A stretch of 64,000 nucleotides of DNA from Takakia lepidozioides (lineage: Eukaryota > Plantae > Bryophyta), in contig CM060733.1 in assembly GCA_030704615.1 (NCBI GenBank), positions 48,236,001-48,300,000 on the forward strand. Reading direction: 5' to 3'. Both the position numbers and the translations under genes were made by a program. This document shows, piece after piece, positions 24,326-37,883 of the stretch (position 1 is its first letter; every line of letters starts with the position of its first letter). A model generated the notes under the pieces. The model worked only from the letters and a program-made list of their open reading frames with translations, had not been told where the DNA came from and did no database searches.

Positions 24326-25799
24326 ATGTCCGGAAACGTTGCTTTGAACGCAGTGTCAGGGGGTTCCTCGGGAAGTGGGCGTAAAAATAGGAAGCGTAAA
24401 CATGCACATGAACAGGATAGTCAGGTCAACAAAAAAGACTATCCAAGCGCAGAGGCCGCGAAGATGGTGAAGCAAGTAGTGCTGGATTATTTGAAGGACA
24501 ATGACATAATGCGTTTGAATATTTTGTATGTCCGATATGGGAATGAGGGGTTCCTTAGACTCCAGCACAATATGGAGATGAGAATGAGGGAGACTTTGGC
24601 CGGGGATGAATGGAAGGAGGACAGGGCGAAGTTCCAGTTCACGAAATGGATGGAGGACCGGCCCCATGATGCCACATGGAATCTGAGGCAAACCATGGAC
24701 AAGTTTGTTACGAGAACACCTGTAGCTGAAGGTCGCATGTCAACTTCGGAGAAGGAGTTGTTTGTGCTTGTGGATTGGTGGTCTGACATGGCAAAGGCCC
24801 ACGCCAAACGACGTACGAAACCACTCCCATGAAAGGCAGGGTCCTCGTCCGCGGATGCGGCATTGAACGTGAGATACATATCCACAAATGTACAGGTACA
24901 ACAACTCGACGCGCCCAAACATGGAGGGGATGGTACAATTCGGAGGGTTAGAATTGTTGATGAATCAATTCATTTCTCCATCTATGGAGCTAGCAGGGAA
25001 AACGCCCAGGTAAACAAATGCTGAGCTTGCCAAACTCCAACATAACAATGAGGCGTTGGTTGTAAAGTTCCATCATTTCGGCATCATAAAGTATTTTGCG
25101 TTGCATCCACGTCGAAATGAAGGTTACACACATTGGTGGAATGGGGGGACCATACGATCATGGTTGAGTATTGACAAGAAATGGGGGAATGATCGGGATA
25201 ACAAGGAGTTAATGGAACGACGGGGGACGGAGCAGGAAATATAGGAGGTCAACCGACTGGTTCGATTCCGACAGAATCGCACCCAATTGGCATGGGCGCT
25301 TTTGCACATCATGCTCAACGTCCATAATCACCACCTCTTGCACAACGACATGTCCCCCGACAACATCTTGTTGCATTTTTCACAAGGGTCTGAAGATGTG
25401 TATATCGGGGTATGCAATTGGGGGATGACCTCCACGACGGATGACCCAAAAACCACGTTGTACATTTTCGAGAGTAGAGACAAGATGATAAAGACTCTTG
25501 CACATAGATGGTGGATTGCACCTGAAATTGCAATTGTTCATAATGTAGTCAACAACCAGTCAGATGACACACCTCGTAGGCCCCCTCTAACCGTGCCATC
25601 AGAGACCTTTGCAATTGGAAAAATAGCCCAGGCAATAAATGGGGGTAACACGTTCAATGCAAGTTTGTTCAACGATATGTCTACTGGAACCTGTTTTGCT
25701 TCCGCTCTGGAAAACTTGTGTGTAGACACAATAGAGTTGCGGTACAAACTAGAAAATGTTGTAAAGCGTTTTCATGACGGGGCTATTCAATTGGCCTGA
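24326..25799 (+). pseudogene. Protein kinase-like pseudogene, copy b (TE cargo)
   Basis: N-terminal basic segment RKNRKRKH; YTHWWNGGTI, LLHNDMSPDNILLHF, IGVCNWG, RWWIAPE, ETFAIG; TGA after KPLP is shared with copy a. Confidence 0.78.
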
Positions 25800-26199
25800 G
25801 CCCGTTGCACTCCAAACTTGATTTGTGTGCAACTTCATGCACTCTTTATAGAGAGTTCTGCAATAGTGAGCGAAGATAACATTTTTTTTTTGGGGCATTT
25901 TTGATTGGTCCAAATTTTGGCGGGGGAGTAGTGGTGGGATGCTGGAAGCCGCAGAACAAAATTGATTCGTGCCAGAAACCCCCAATGAAAGGCAGTGCAA
26001 ACCTATTTATTGGCTTAAAATTAATTTAAATTCAATTACATTATGGAATGGCTTGGTGTCGATGGGGAGGCAAATGATTTATTCGTCTGTTGTGTCTCTG
26101 CACATGTGTTGCACACATGTTCAAGCACATGCGGGCAAAAGAAGGGCTTCAACCACATCCGTTCAATGGGTGCAATAGTCGTGCACGCATTGCAGGATT

Positions 26200-26880
26200 T
26201 CTTTTTCGCAATGAACAAAAACCAGATGACAACTGAACGCCTCATTGGCCCATCGAACGAATTTCGATTGATCTCATATTGCACTGAGACCTATCAGAGG
26301 GTACATTGAACACACTGGCCAAGTCTCAAAATGAACGAAAATCATTTGGATGGGCAATCATCCGTTGGCCCATTGAACGAATTTCGATTGATCTCATATT
26401 ACTCTGGGGCCTCTTCCATGGTACATTGAAGATACTGGCCAAGTCTCAAAGCGAACCAAAATCATTTGGAGGCAAATGATTTATGCGTCTGTTCATTTAT
26501 TTGTGATTAATCGTTAATGGTGAAAATGATAAACCAAAGGCTCATTTGAATGATTTGAAATTTAGTTACTATGTTCTATATGCCTCTTACATGGACCGGA
26601 GAAGTATGAGATCAATAAAAAATGATTCACAGGAGGAACCAATGGTTACTTGATGTGCCGATTTCTGAATGCTTTCAAACTTTGCCATTGCATTGTACAT
26701 GCCCTCTTAAAGGTACCGGACAAGTATGAGTTCGATTTAAAATATTGCAATGGGTGAACCAATGGTATCTTCATTCAGCAATTTTTGATTGTTTTGAAAC
26801 TTTGCCAGTATATTGTACATGCCGTCAAACAGGTACCAAACAAGTATGAGGTCATTCAAAAATGGTTCAAAGAATGAATC
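26200..26880. repeat. Degenerate AT-rich tandem repeat, ~120-bp period
   Basis: Recurring GAATTTCGATTGATCTCATATT / GTACATTGAA..CACTGGCCAAG units, followed by related CAAGTATGAG units in the opposite orientation. Confidence 0.55.
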
Positions 26881-27000
26881 TCGTATTTCCAAAAATTACA
26901 TAGACTATACAGTGGGTTGCACATTTAAGTTTTTGCAACCTGAGACCTTTGGCCTACTCCCTACGTTTCTAGCATTTCTAGTCATCTTCATCTAGATTTA

Positions 27001-28125
27001 TTACTTCGTTGTCGTCATCTCCGATGTTGATGAAGATGCTCCGGGTGTAGAGGACGTGCCTCCACCAGTACGAAGAGCTCGAGCCTGGGCTCGAGTGGTC
27101 AAAGAGGGACCCAGTGTTGTGTGGTCCACCCTTGCCATCATGCGTAGCGTTCTAGGCGAGTGCTGACTCTCTTCCACATTTGCCAGAGCCGGGTGTGTCG
27201 CTCTTACTACGGCAGCATGCAATTTTTCAATTAAATCCGATATGTTTGGAAGTGGCAAGGACACCCCTGGAATAGGGGCAACTTGGTCACGCCATGTGTT
27301 CTGCCACTACTTTTCCACACTCGTGATGACAGCCTTGAAATTGTCCAACACCTCCTCCTGCTGGGGGTCTCTGCGCAACTCTGGAAGAAATGGCCCATCA
27401 TCCCGACGAGGCACCCAGTACGTCTCATTCATATTCTCCCAACGGATGCTAGCGGCCTCCAATTCCCTCAGAAATAGGTCTCTCCCAATCGGTTTGCGAT
27501 TGTATGGGTCATTTTTCGCTGGCACACACGGATCCTCAGGCAGTCGGAAGAATCTTTGTCTGGTACAGCTCCAATGCCCTCCCAAGTTCCGGCAAAAAAA
27601 CTCCCTTTGGACTGGGTTCCGTATGCCTTTAGCACGCACGGTTATTTCCCAGTTGGATGTCACCCAAAAAGTCACCGGATCTTTAATCCTAGTGAACGTC
27701 TTCGCATCCAAGGCGTGCATCTCTCTTGGAGCATCCCATGTCATTGTCTCCCCCCAGTGCTGCCAATTTAAAAAATCGTAAGGCGATACATCCAATGGCA
27801 TGTTGTACCGGTTGTACTCGTATCCCGTGGGCATATTGTCTTGCAACCCAAACAATTCGTAGAAACGTCGATGGATTGGTCCACGGCAGTCAGGGCATTG
27901 GCTGGCTCGCATGGCTGCCGATATGAGACATGTGGGATGGAACAAATGGCCACATGAACTAAGCATATAGCCTCCATCCGGTCCATAAGGGTTTAGGCAC
28001 ATTGTGCACACCGTACCATCTGTTACCCATGACGCTGGATTGCTCTGTGGTATCCACGTCCGTTTATCCTCATTAATGTAGGATGACATCCTCGGCCTGG
28101 TGTCCCACTCCTCCTCTACTTCCAA
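27001..28125 (-). pseudogene. RING-H2 zinc-finger protein fragment (5' truncated)
   Basis: CTMC-x14-CGHLFHPTC-x10-CPDC in ORF 27307-28125; apparent frameshifted continuation at 27001-27264. Confidence 0.7.
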
Positions 28126-28989
28126 ATCCCAGTTTATGCTGTTATTGGTATCACAATCATGGACCTATCGTAGGAATTTTGTGACCCAAATAGCGAGTGA
28201 GTTTGGGGGCAATTGGAGTGAGGTGAGGTTGATGGAGATGATGGGCAAGAACCTCAAGGACAAGAGGTACCGTGCAAGAGAGGTGATCCGGAAAGCAATG
28301 AAGCTGGGGTTTACTCCCCACCCATCAATACATGGAATAACACCGGTATGTACTAACGTCCCTCAATTCACTTCTTGATTTGATTTTATGCACATTGTTT
28401 ATTTTTATTTTTAAGATACTCACTCATGGCAATTTATATGTCATGTGTAGCTAAAAAGCTTTGGGATGAAGCCCTCAGCGATAGAGTTGGCGTACAACAA
28501 GGACCATGGTTGGGGTAGGCTCATGGTTGATGGGTTCTCAACCAAGGAAGGTGAGACGGAGGATGAGGAGTCACAGGTTGACACTAGGGTAGTTGATCAA
28601 CAACTAGTACCAGCCCGCATCTTGGGCTCCTCATCGGATATGGAGGACGGTGATTGTTTGACTCTAGGGACAGCCAATTGATGCATGATGGTAGTACTAT
28701 GTCTGAGATCGATGAGAGTGAGCGATGAGAGGTCATCCCTTACACATGTACAAAACTTCATGTTTTTCTGATAAAAACTTTTGTATATTTGTTGTCCATT
28801 TTCAATACCACAACATTTGGGTGCATGCGATTGTGTACCTACAAACTGGACGAGTCTCCTTTGAGCTAAATTGGTGATTGTAGATTAGTGCATAAGACAC
28901 CTAAGAAGAACTCTCGGTGCATGGACCCAAAGTAGTGTAAAAAAAATGAATCAAACAAGTAAAATACGAAAAAATGACCCCTAACAATC

Positions 28990-29574
28990 ACGGATTCCAA
29001 TCCTTGCGACCCCCAAGGGTTGGCCATCTGCGAGGATTTTTGCACTCAGCGACCCATTGGGGATTGCAGGCTGTAGACTATGGCACCTCTCCGGGGGGTC
29101 GCAGAGGGTCGGCCATCTGCGACGTTTTGGGTCATCTGTGACCTCCTCGGGGTTGTAGGGTGCAGAGAATGGCACCCCTTTTGCAACCCCCATGACGTCG
29201 CAGGGTGCACACTAGGGCACCCTCTCTGCAATCCCAAGGGGTCGCAGACTCCTGCATGCTACGACACCCATCTGCGACGGCTCAGGGGTTGCATAGAGTA
29301 ACGGGTCACAGTTGTTGGAAGTTGTGACCCCCTGCAGTTGCAGCTCTGCGACGGTCTGGCGTAGCTAAAGCCGACCACAGGCGTTGCAGAACTGGATCAG
29401 ACCAAGCCATGTCAGCTTGGGTTCTACGACCAACCTGTAGTCGCAGGTCTGCGACGTTTTGGATGCGACGGTTGTGCAACGGCAAGGCCATTGCAGTCCG
29501 GGCCGGTGGTTGGGGTGCCCTGGACCCCATTCGCGACGACGTGGCCGTCGCAGACCCCCCCAAATGTTGTAGTG
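28990..29574 (-). mobile_element. CACTA/EnSpm transposon terminus with subterminal repeats
   Basis: The reverse complement starts CACTACAACATTTGGG at 29574; ~600 bp of CTGCGAC/GTCGCAG direct and inverted repeats; KNOX-flank-like DNA resumes shortly afterwards; the partner end was not found. Confidence 0.75.
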
Positions 29575-29929
29575 ACGCAATGGCAGTTGATTAGTGCTCA
29601 ATAACTGATAATGGACACTGTAAATGTTTCGCTAACATTGTTAGTCAGTTTTCTTGATTGCTCAACTATGATTGCATTGATTGAATAGCATGTTCTTGAT
29701 AATTCTAAAACGAGCAGTATTAGAAGATCGTTTCTTCAGGTAGTATGATCCATCATCAGGCCATCTACAAAAGTATCCATGTTCCAGCGTGACCCCTTCT
29801 TTTCAAATTGATTCGTTCATAAAGAATAGCTTTCCGAGTCTAATGGAAAGATGATAGATCTGACCAATGCGCAAATGTTGTGATTTGAAGCTATCATTTC
29901 TGATGGAAGTAAGAAGTTCCAGCAGTAGG

Positions 29930-30480
29930 ATTGATCCACAAAATGACCTTTAGTCATTATGCAGCCCATGCACTAATTACGCGGCCTCCTACAACCAGGA
30001 ACCCTGACATATTGTTCAGTTGCCTTAGTGAGATTACGGCCATTATGGTTCAAATCTACATCCAACCTCTGGAAACTCAATGCTTATTATCGAAAGCTTA
30101 CGTACTATTTAAAATAATGGGTTGGCACACACGACATAATTTCAAGCCACGAAAGCTTTTAGGGATGTCACATCACAGTGACACGCCAAGAGAACCTTCG
30201 AGGCCCTATATCCCGCCGATCGAGGCCTGCCTCTCCTTGCCGTCTTTGTTGCGTGCATGATCGAACCTGATCGAGCCTGACTGGTACCTACCGGGTGCAA
30301 AATCCCTTTAAATTTCGTTGTCGCTCCAATGCATCAACGCTCTCTTGTCTTATAGCTTTCTTTGCATGTAGCTTCTAGTCCTACTCAAGTGACCTCATAT
30401 TGTCTATGGCAACCTGATCTCCTTTTGTCTTGCAGTTTCATTTCTTTGAATGTCATCTCGTTTTCTGGCTCCTTTGGTGA
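29930..30480 (+). repeat. Orphan copy of the KNOX copy-3-type upstream region
   Basis: Aligns by eye with ~47105-47640 (CAAAATGACCTTTAGT.ATTATGCAGCC, TGTCACATC.CAGTGACA, GAGGCCTGCCTCTC). Confidence 0.75.
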
Positions 30481-30659
30481 TGCTACAAGTTTGACCTGAA
30501 GGAAAGAATAAGTACACATGATAAAAAATGTTCGATGGTCTTACACATGTAAGACCTTCATCGAACACATTTCTATCATGTGTACTTATTCTGGTGCACT
30601 CTCGGGTTAGACTTGTAGCCTCATCAAAGAAGCCAAAAAATAAGATGACATTTAATATC

Positions 30660-31470
30660 CAATCGATGATGAGCTTTGCGGATTGCACACTGCAAGAAGG
30701 AGGGCGACGAGGGGCAGTCGGCGGGAAGAAGCCTCTCGAGAAGCCTACGAACCGCGCTTGTCACTGCACAAATTCGGGCCTTTCATGATTTGTATTGGGC
30801 AGGAATGAACTCGGCATCAATTACCCACCCGTACCCACTCGACACTTTTCAAACTCTTGGTTTATTTTCTCTGAAAGATCATTCTTTTGTCCGGGTACGG
30901 ACTTCTCAGTCTTACTAGTTAGGGTTTGTGCAACCAAACCAAATCCAAGTTCTTTTGCTGTAATCTTTTCTTGTTGGACATGTTCCTGCAGTGGAGTAGA
31001 GATTGAAAGGATCTTGTCTATGGGTACATGATCAGTTGTTCTTAAGAAAGAAGATAGACTCTTGCGGAAGAGATCCTAAGTTTTGGTGTCACTGCATTCC
31101 AAGCCTTAAATACCCTTTAGATGTTCTTGTTAACTCTTGTATGGAACAAGTTGCTACTTCGTATTTATTATTAACACTAAGATCATAATATGATTGATTT
31201 GTTGATTCACAACTTTTGAAGCATATCTCTCATTGTGTTGTCTACTTGACTCTTTAATTTGTGTGACCTAAATAGAAGTTGGTTGGGTGAAAGAAGATGA
31301 GGTTTTGGTCCAAATAATTTGAGATTTGAAGAAGTTTTGAGATTCGGAAGGTGACTAGTGATTTCAACTTAACATCCCGAGATAAATAATGAGCAATTGC
31401 ATATTTAATCCTAACCATCCAATGAAAGGCATTCAAGAGGTATTCAATTGATTAAGAAGTAGGCTCCAAT
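30660..31470 (-). repeat. Inverted copy of the KNOX copy-1/2-type upstream region
   Basis: Reverse complement of ~6770-7085 and of 36790-37190 plus 37885-38120. Confidence 0.75.
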
Positions 31471-33279
31471 TGTTGTCCTAGTGGACAATAATAGTAATCA
31501 TCAGGTCTCTCTCTTTCCGAGTCTGCAAATAGAGAATGGTAGGTTTTGTGCACACCTTCATGTAGTTGAAAAAAGCCACATGGAAGTATTCTCTGAAGAT
31601 GCTTGAAACAGATTATAATTGTTACATTTGTAGTTGACTGAAATCAGTAGGTGATCGTGGGCCCAAACTTTACTGGCTTCCGAATTGCTCACAACTAAAA
31701 AGAGAATTATATTTCCGGGATCCCTGTTAACTGTCAACTTCAGTGATCCATTGAAAAATATATAATGATACTCCCATAGTTCACGGAGGCAAGTATTAAA
31801 ACTCAAAAAATTATCTAAAGATTATGCCCAACAACGGTCCTTCCTAATTCCTTCAAACCCTGCCAAATAATCAAACAAAATGTATAACTTAGTAAGGGTT
31901 AGTTATTTCAATATATCCAACAGCATTCCAAATCTTGAAATATTTTTGTCTAGTTGGGATGGACAGTAGTACACTAAAACCTACTAATATACCTATATCT
32001 AAAACATTTCCCTGCTTTTCTGCTACCACTGCAAGTTTTACCAATGAATGCCGAATGGACCCTTCAAAACATGGGGGGGCCAGAGAGACCATGTCATTGT
32101 TGACATTGTGCACCAACTGAGAGACAGGTTGGCTTACGGCACAGGGACAGGTTCACCTCTAGCATACTGTACCTTCCATTGTAGCATGACCAACAATGCC
32201 CAGGCGGTGGGCCCTGCAAGAAGAAACAACAAGGCTTTCTCATACAGCCACCAAAAATGGTCCACTGAATGGTAGGGAAATTAATTTCTTTGCCCGACCA
32301 GACAGGTCGATTGATTGGGACGCACCTCTAAAGTTCTCTAAAATATTCTACCCTGCGGAACAACTTCAAAATTGCAGGAGATCCACTGCCCATGGAACCT
32401 GGGCCTTAGGGTTCAAATTGGGCTACAACATAATGGTGCGGTGAGCCTGGTGGCACACTCCAAGAGCCTTTGGAAAAAGCGCAAAATACAAAAAACAAGA
32501 CAAGCTGCAGAGGCACTTCCATTCTCCGATCTTTCAAGGATAGCAACCAGCGGACTTGTGGGGCTATTAACTCACCACAGAATGGGGGAAGGTGGCCCCA
32601 CATGAGCCCTTTGACTTGACAACTGATCAACCGCTCTGAAAACTGCTCATCAGGTGGTGAGCTTTGGGCTTCTCGCACCAAGGTTTTTTTAAGGTATGTC
32701 TGGTGACTGGACAAGTCACTGGAAAGACACTCTATAGATATTTGTAAGATATTATACATTATTATTTTTGTAGGTAGCCTAGTTGGATGAAATTAGTATA
32801 TGATCTGGCCTCAAATCCTTCTGAATTGCTCACAACTAAAAAGCAAGTTATTTTCCCTGGGTTCCACCTGGCTTGAGGCAGACGAGTCCTCACTCATTAT
32901 ATATATATATATATGTGAAGGAAACTGAAACAGGGAAAAAAATGTTGGGGGTTTTTATTTATATTTATTATCATTATTATTTTTCTTACAAATAACAAGA
33001 AAAAAAAACCCGAGCAGTTTACAGAGCCATAAAAGGCACTTATCCAATAAGCCTGGATGAGGAGCTTTCATATATATATATATGTATATGGTCTTTAGAA
33101 AAGAGAAACTGGAACAACTTGTTAGTATTCTGTATTCAAAAAAATAAAAATACAACCCATGAGATTTTATTTATATCATGGGTATATATGTAAATTGTGA
33201 GTTTGTTTTTTGGTTTAACGTCATCCAGTGAGTGTGAATGTTACATCTAGCGCTTTTCCCTCATTCAATATCAACTACC

Positions 33280-33360
33280 AACAGCCACTAGCTCAGTTGG
33301 ATGGTGCACTGAGTGCCACCCCAGATGATTCTGGGGTCAAATCCTGCTACTTGACTGATG
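33280..33360 (+). mobile_element. tRNA-derived SINE-like head
   Basis: A-box TAGCTCAGTTGG and B-box-like GGTCAAATCC; second copy in reverse orientation at 36645-36725. Confidence 0.5.
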
Positions 33361-33879
33361 TTGGTAGGTACTTGTCCCCCTTCCCTTGGGCGATGTCCCA
33401 TGCGGCCCTTCAAAACATGAGGGGCTAGGCCATCCCAATCGTCCTTCCTAACATCATTGCACAGACTAACAGACCGGTTGACTTACTCCATAAATAAGGG
33501 TAGGGAAATGATTTTTTTGCCCAATGTATACATATTCAATTAGGGGCTATTGACTATGTACCCCCAACTCATTTGCCCAGTTTGGGAAGGTCAAGCAACC
33601 CGACACTGTGGGAAGAGCCAATCAGTGGGCCGCGGGAGGAGGCTAGCGTAAAAGTAGGAGGGTCGATGTGCTTGTGCTGGACATCAATTGCCATCACAAA
33701 CCTATCATAATGTGCCACCTGTTATACAGCCACATGCCTGCACGTGGTAGACTATCAATGTCGCCACATAGGCGTAGGTAGAATAGACAGGTGGCACCGC
33801 TAGCCACTTTTGAAAATGGAAAAAAAGAAGTTATTTTAGTTTTGGTAGAGTGGGTCTTGATACCCAGTAGAAAACCTGC

Positions 33880-36330
33880 CGACTATTAACCTGAACTGGT
33901 TGGCACGTGCGGTGAACGCTTCTCGCTTCTCAGGCCCTTCTTCCCGCTTGCTTGGACCCTCTCTCGCATCTGCATCCTTCTCTTCCGTGCAATCAGAAAA
34001 AATTATCACATCTGCGGTAACTTTGGACGAGCTGAAATATCGATGAAATTCGTAACAGCTTTGATTTGCACATATCGTGATGATGTGTTTACAGTAAGCT
34101 CCATCCTGCTGCAATGATCTCATATGGTTCTGTAGTAATGTCTCCTGTTTGAATTGTGAGCGGAGAAGTGGAAATATCCAGTCGTGCTGTCGTGCACTAA
34201 GCTGATCTGTTATCTATTGTGTTATTTTTCTTGAATCACGCAGACCGCGTCATGGATCAAGGATCAACAATATGGTGTTTTCTAGAAACCTGCCCAATGG
34301 CTGGTCTGGTTGCATTCATCATATTTTATGGACTATAATGTGATCCAGAGTGGTGAATCTCTTTGGTCAATTTCCTTCTTACACCCATTCATCAGCGCCC
34401 TATCAGCTCTCTGTTGTTGTTGTAGCTTTGTTGTCAAAGAGTGGATGAGACACTTGTGAAATTAGGGGCTCTAATATTGTGCAATCAATGTAATTCCCAT
34501 AGTTTATGCTGTGTTCTATGGTCGACTCGCTGTGCTTCCTAAATTATGGACATGTAGTGGACACTGCTTGTTTGACCAGCCATGGATCAGTGCGTGTGAA
34601 GGTTGCAATAGTCCATGGCTTTCTTGTGCAGGAGAAGCCTCTAAAACAGACAAACGCTTGCACTTTTTTTCTGTTTGCAGGATCAACATACATATCATCC
34701 TTTCAGAGGTACACATTTATTGCCCAAGTGAGTCTTATTTGTTTGCAGAAGAGACAACTGAAATTAGATCTAACCCACAGCTCAGAGCTAGCCTCAGCTG
34801 ATCCTCTTCTTTACTAGCAGTATATTGCTGATTATGCATCAAGCCCTCAATTTCAGAATTCTTCTATACAGTCGCTTGACATTACTTGTCATGAAAGCTC
34901 TCAGTGGTTTCTGGCCTGGCAATGTAATCTTGTCTCTGAAAAACCCTAGAACTGTTCCAACTCGGAGATTGTTGAGTGGGAGAATTTGACCAATGCCACT
35001 AGGTTTTCTGGCTCCTTTGCTGAGACTAAAAGTTTGACCTCTGAAAACATATTAACTACGTTGAAATAAGTACAAGATAGGAAACGGCTCCTACTTAGCC
35101 TTTAATTCTCCGTTTCGTGAACAGTGAAATAATCGTATCGAGATTGGATCATTACCTAGGCTGTCTCTGAAACTGTCACAAGCTCACACCAAATGCAATT
35201 CATTTTTTGATAACTACCCTATCATATGTATGCATGTGTGACATCATATGGTGGAGATTAATGAAGATGCTTGTACAGAGTTAAGTAAGTCTAAAGTCTG
35301 TTTCAGTTCTCTATCTGACCTATTCCGGGTGTCCAGAAGCATCTGATCGGCTCAGTTGTTGGCCTCTAGACTTAATGGTATTTCTTTCAAATAGGCACAA
35401 CTTCATTTCAGATCACTTTGGATCCCTGCCGTCGATGTCCAATATAGTCCAATACAGTACGTAGGATTGTGGGCATTGTTTTAGATAAGTGATTTTCAGC
35501 AGTTGTAATAAGAGCTAAGTATAATTGCAGATAACTGGATAATATTTCCTCTCTTTCAAGTTCATAATGCACTTCCCAAGTAGTTTCCTATGTACCCTTC
35601 AAAGTTCAATGTATGCTGCTCAGCCACTAAACTCCCACTGAATTCTAACTTCCTCTAGAGATGTCGCAATGGGAGCTCAAGTGATTCAGGGATACAGGTT
35701 TGACAATATATACATGAACTAGCACCCACCCTCCCCACATCCTCGCGAGATTCCTTAATATGTTTGGTGATCATGCAAACGGGCAGGGCTTGCATCAATT
35801 TCCTGTCTCAATTCGGATTAAAGTTTCCACGTATGTACCCTGAAAGGACCATGGATGGCTCAGGGAGGTTTAGAACTACTTATTGTGTATCCAGCTGTCT
35901 GTAGATGTATGATAGGTATGTATATACATGTACAGATAGCCTCCATGGTCTACATTCGAGAAGGGACATCTCCACTACATACTGTACAGCTTTCCGGCCT
36001 GGTGCATATTTTGGGCCACTGTCTCTTGCAGTACTATCGTACATGATCAGAAACTTTAGAACTAGCATGCATCCAGTTCTAACACATTCTCTCTCATCTC
36101 CACAATGTTATGCATGCTGAAACCCCTCCCCTTCTACCTGTCGCTTTGTAAAATTTCTGCTCCACATCCCAGCAAAAATCTCAAAGCGTCAGTCACCTCA
36201 ATGTCAACATGTTTGTATAGTCGATCCTTGAAGGCAGTAACGTCCATAAGGTACTCGACCTGCAAACTCCAAAGGATAATTACTTTAGATGTTAACCGAG
36301 GTACAGCACCATTTGCTGATGGTGCCTCAT
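33880..36330. pseudogene. Rearranged KNOX remnant: leader and intron pieces on +, and an inverted KNOX2 exon at 36259-36138 on -
   Basis: Minus-strand ag|VEYLMDVTAFKDRLYKHV..CWDVEQKFYKATG|gt, 122 bp versus 121 bp in the paralogues (frameshift); intron homology at 35200-35430 (+) and 35490-35580 (-). Confidence 0.75.
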
Positions 36331-36644
36331 GAATAATAGTCTCGCAGTGGGATCTTTCAACAGTCTTAGTCAGCTAATTGCTGTTGCCTATTCAATGCAC
36401 ACACTTATAAGTAGTAGGTTTTAGGCATGGTCATCTCTCAAGGCTTCATAGAACATGAGAAGAGCACAAGAAGAGTACAAAGAGGAAGAGGGAGACTATT
36501 TTGCAGCTCACCAGAGCTTCGCAACCACCATGCCCACTAACATACTTTTTTCTCATCCCCTCCTCACAGTAACCTCGCCATGAAGGCCATGAAGGCGTCC
36601 AAATGGGACACCGTCCAAGGGAAGGGGGAGAAGAGCATACCACA

Positions 36645-36725
36645 CCAGTCAGGTAGCAGGATTTGACACCAGAATCATCTGGGTGGCACTCAATGCACTA
36701 ACCAACTGAGCTATTGACTGTTGGT
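36645..36725 (-). mobile_element. tRNA-derived SINE-like head
   Basis: Reverse complement reads TAGCTCAGTTGGTTAGTGCA...GGTGTCAAATCC; matches 33280-33360. Confidence 0.5.
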
Positions 36726-37205
36726 TAAGATTCTATTACCGAACTATTGTAGTTCTTATGATTAAATAGTCCCAGGCTGCACTTCAACTACTATCCACAA
36801 AGTAACATTTGGAGCCTACTTCTTAACTTTACATCATTTGAATGCCTTTGATTGGATGGTTTGAGTTAAATATGCACTTGCTGACAATTAATCTTGGGAG
36901 GTTTGAGATAGTGACCTTTCGAATCTCAAAACTTTTTGCACCAAAATCCTCCCCTCATTTCACATAACCGCCGCCATATTATGATCTTCGTATAAATAAT
37001 CAATATGAATTTAATTTACACTTTCTTGGGCAAGGGTCTATGGACACCTGAGGTAGCCATAGAAAAGATTCTTTCAATCTCTATCAGAGTGCATGACATG
37101 TTCAACAAGAAAAGCAACAGTGGGGCACTAGTTAAGATTACAGCAAAGGACTTGGATTTTGGTTGCATAAACCCTAACTAGTAAGCCCCGGGATTCCTTC
37201 CTTAC

Positions 37206-37883
37206 CAGTGTTCGTCTGGTATTGGACTGAGCACCTGGTATCAACCCTGGTAACAAACAACCCTGGTATTAGAGAACAGACCGGCCTGGTCCCAGATCTG
37301 AGATGCCTAGGCCGATATATACCAGTGCAGAGACGAATTAGATTTTGGAAAAAAAGGCGGTAACCAGACGCGTCTGGCTCATTGTTGATACTAGCTCAGC
37401 ACATTTTGCAGCGGTTACTCCACTGGTATCAATGGTTTCTATACTGCTGCGAGACTTTGGGGGATTTTGTGCACTACGGGCAAGTATGGGCTCATTTTGG
37501 AATCTGCCGTGACTTTTGTGACCTGATTTGTGTCTGATATGTGCATCTCTCGGTTGGTGTCTTGTATACCAGATTGTGTTGTGTAATACATCTAGAAGCT
37601 TCATAATTCATTCCCACTTTGGCCTCATTTGCATGCTTCACTAGTTGTTTTCGTGATGAATTTGTTACTGGTTTGATCCCATTCGCCATCATTGATACCA
37701 GCTGGTATTAATTAGCTAATCACACCTGTATTGATACCAGTGCATAAGTAATTCACCATACCTTCATTATAGATACCAGACTGGTATGTAAATTCAAGCA
37801 ATCCTCTGGTACTTCATTCTGGCAGCCACCCATATACCAGGCCCAGCCTGGTATCTCAAAATGCCAATACCAGACCAACACTG
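37206..37883. mobile_element. hAT-type MITE in the KNOX copy 2 upstream region
   Basis: 20-bp TIRs CAGTGTT(C/G)GTCTGGTATTGG; 8-bp TSD TTCCTTAC/ATCCTTAC; internal CTGGTAT/ATACCAG repeats; absent from the paralogous site at ~6830. Confidence 0.88.

Noticed and set aside
28126-28681. CACTA TnpA-like exon fragments
   Set aside because: Plausible from position, but no diagnostic motif can be recognised by eye
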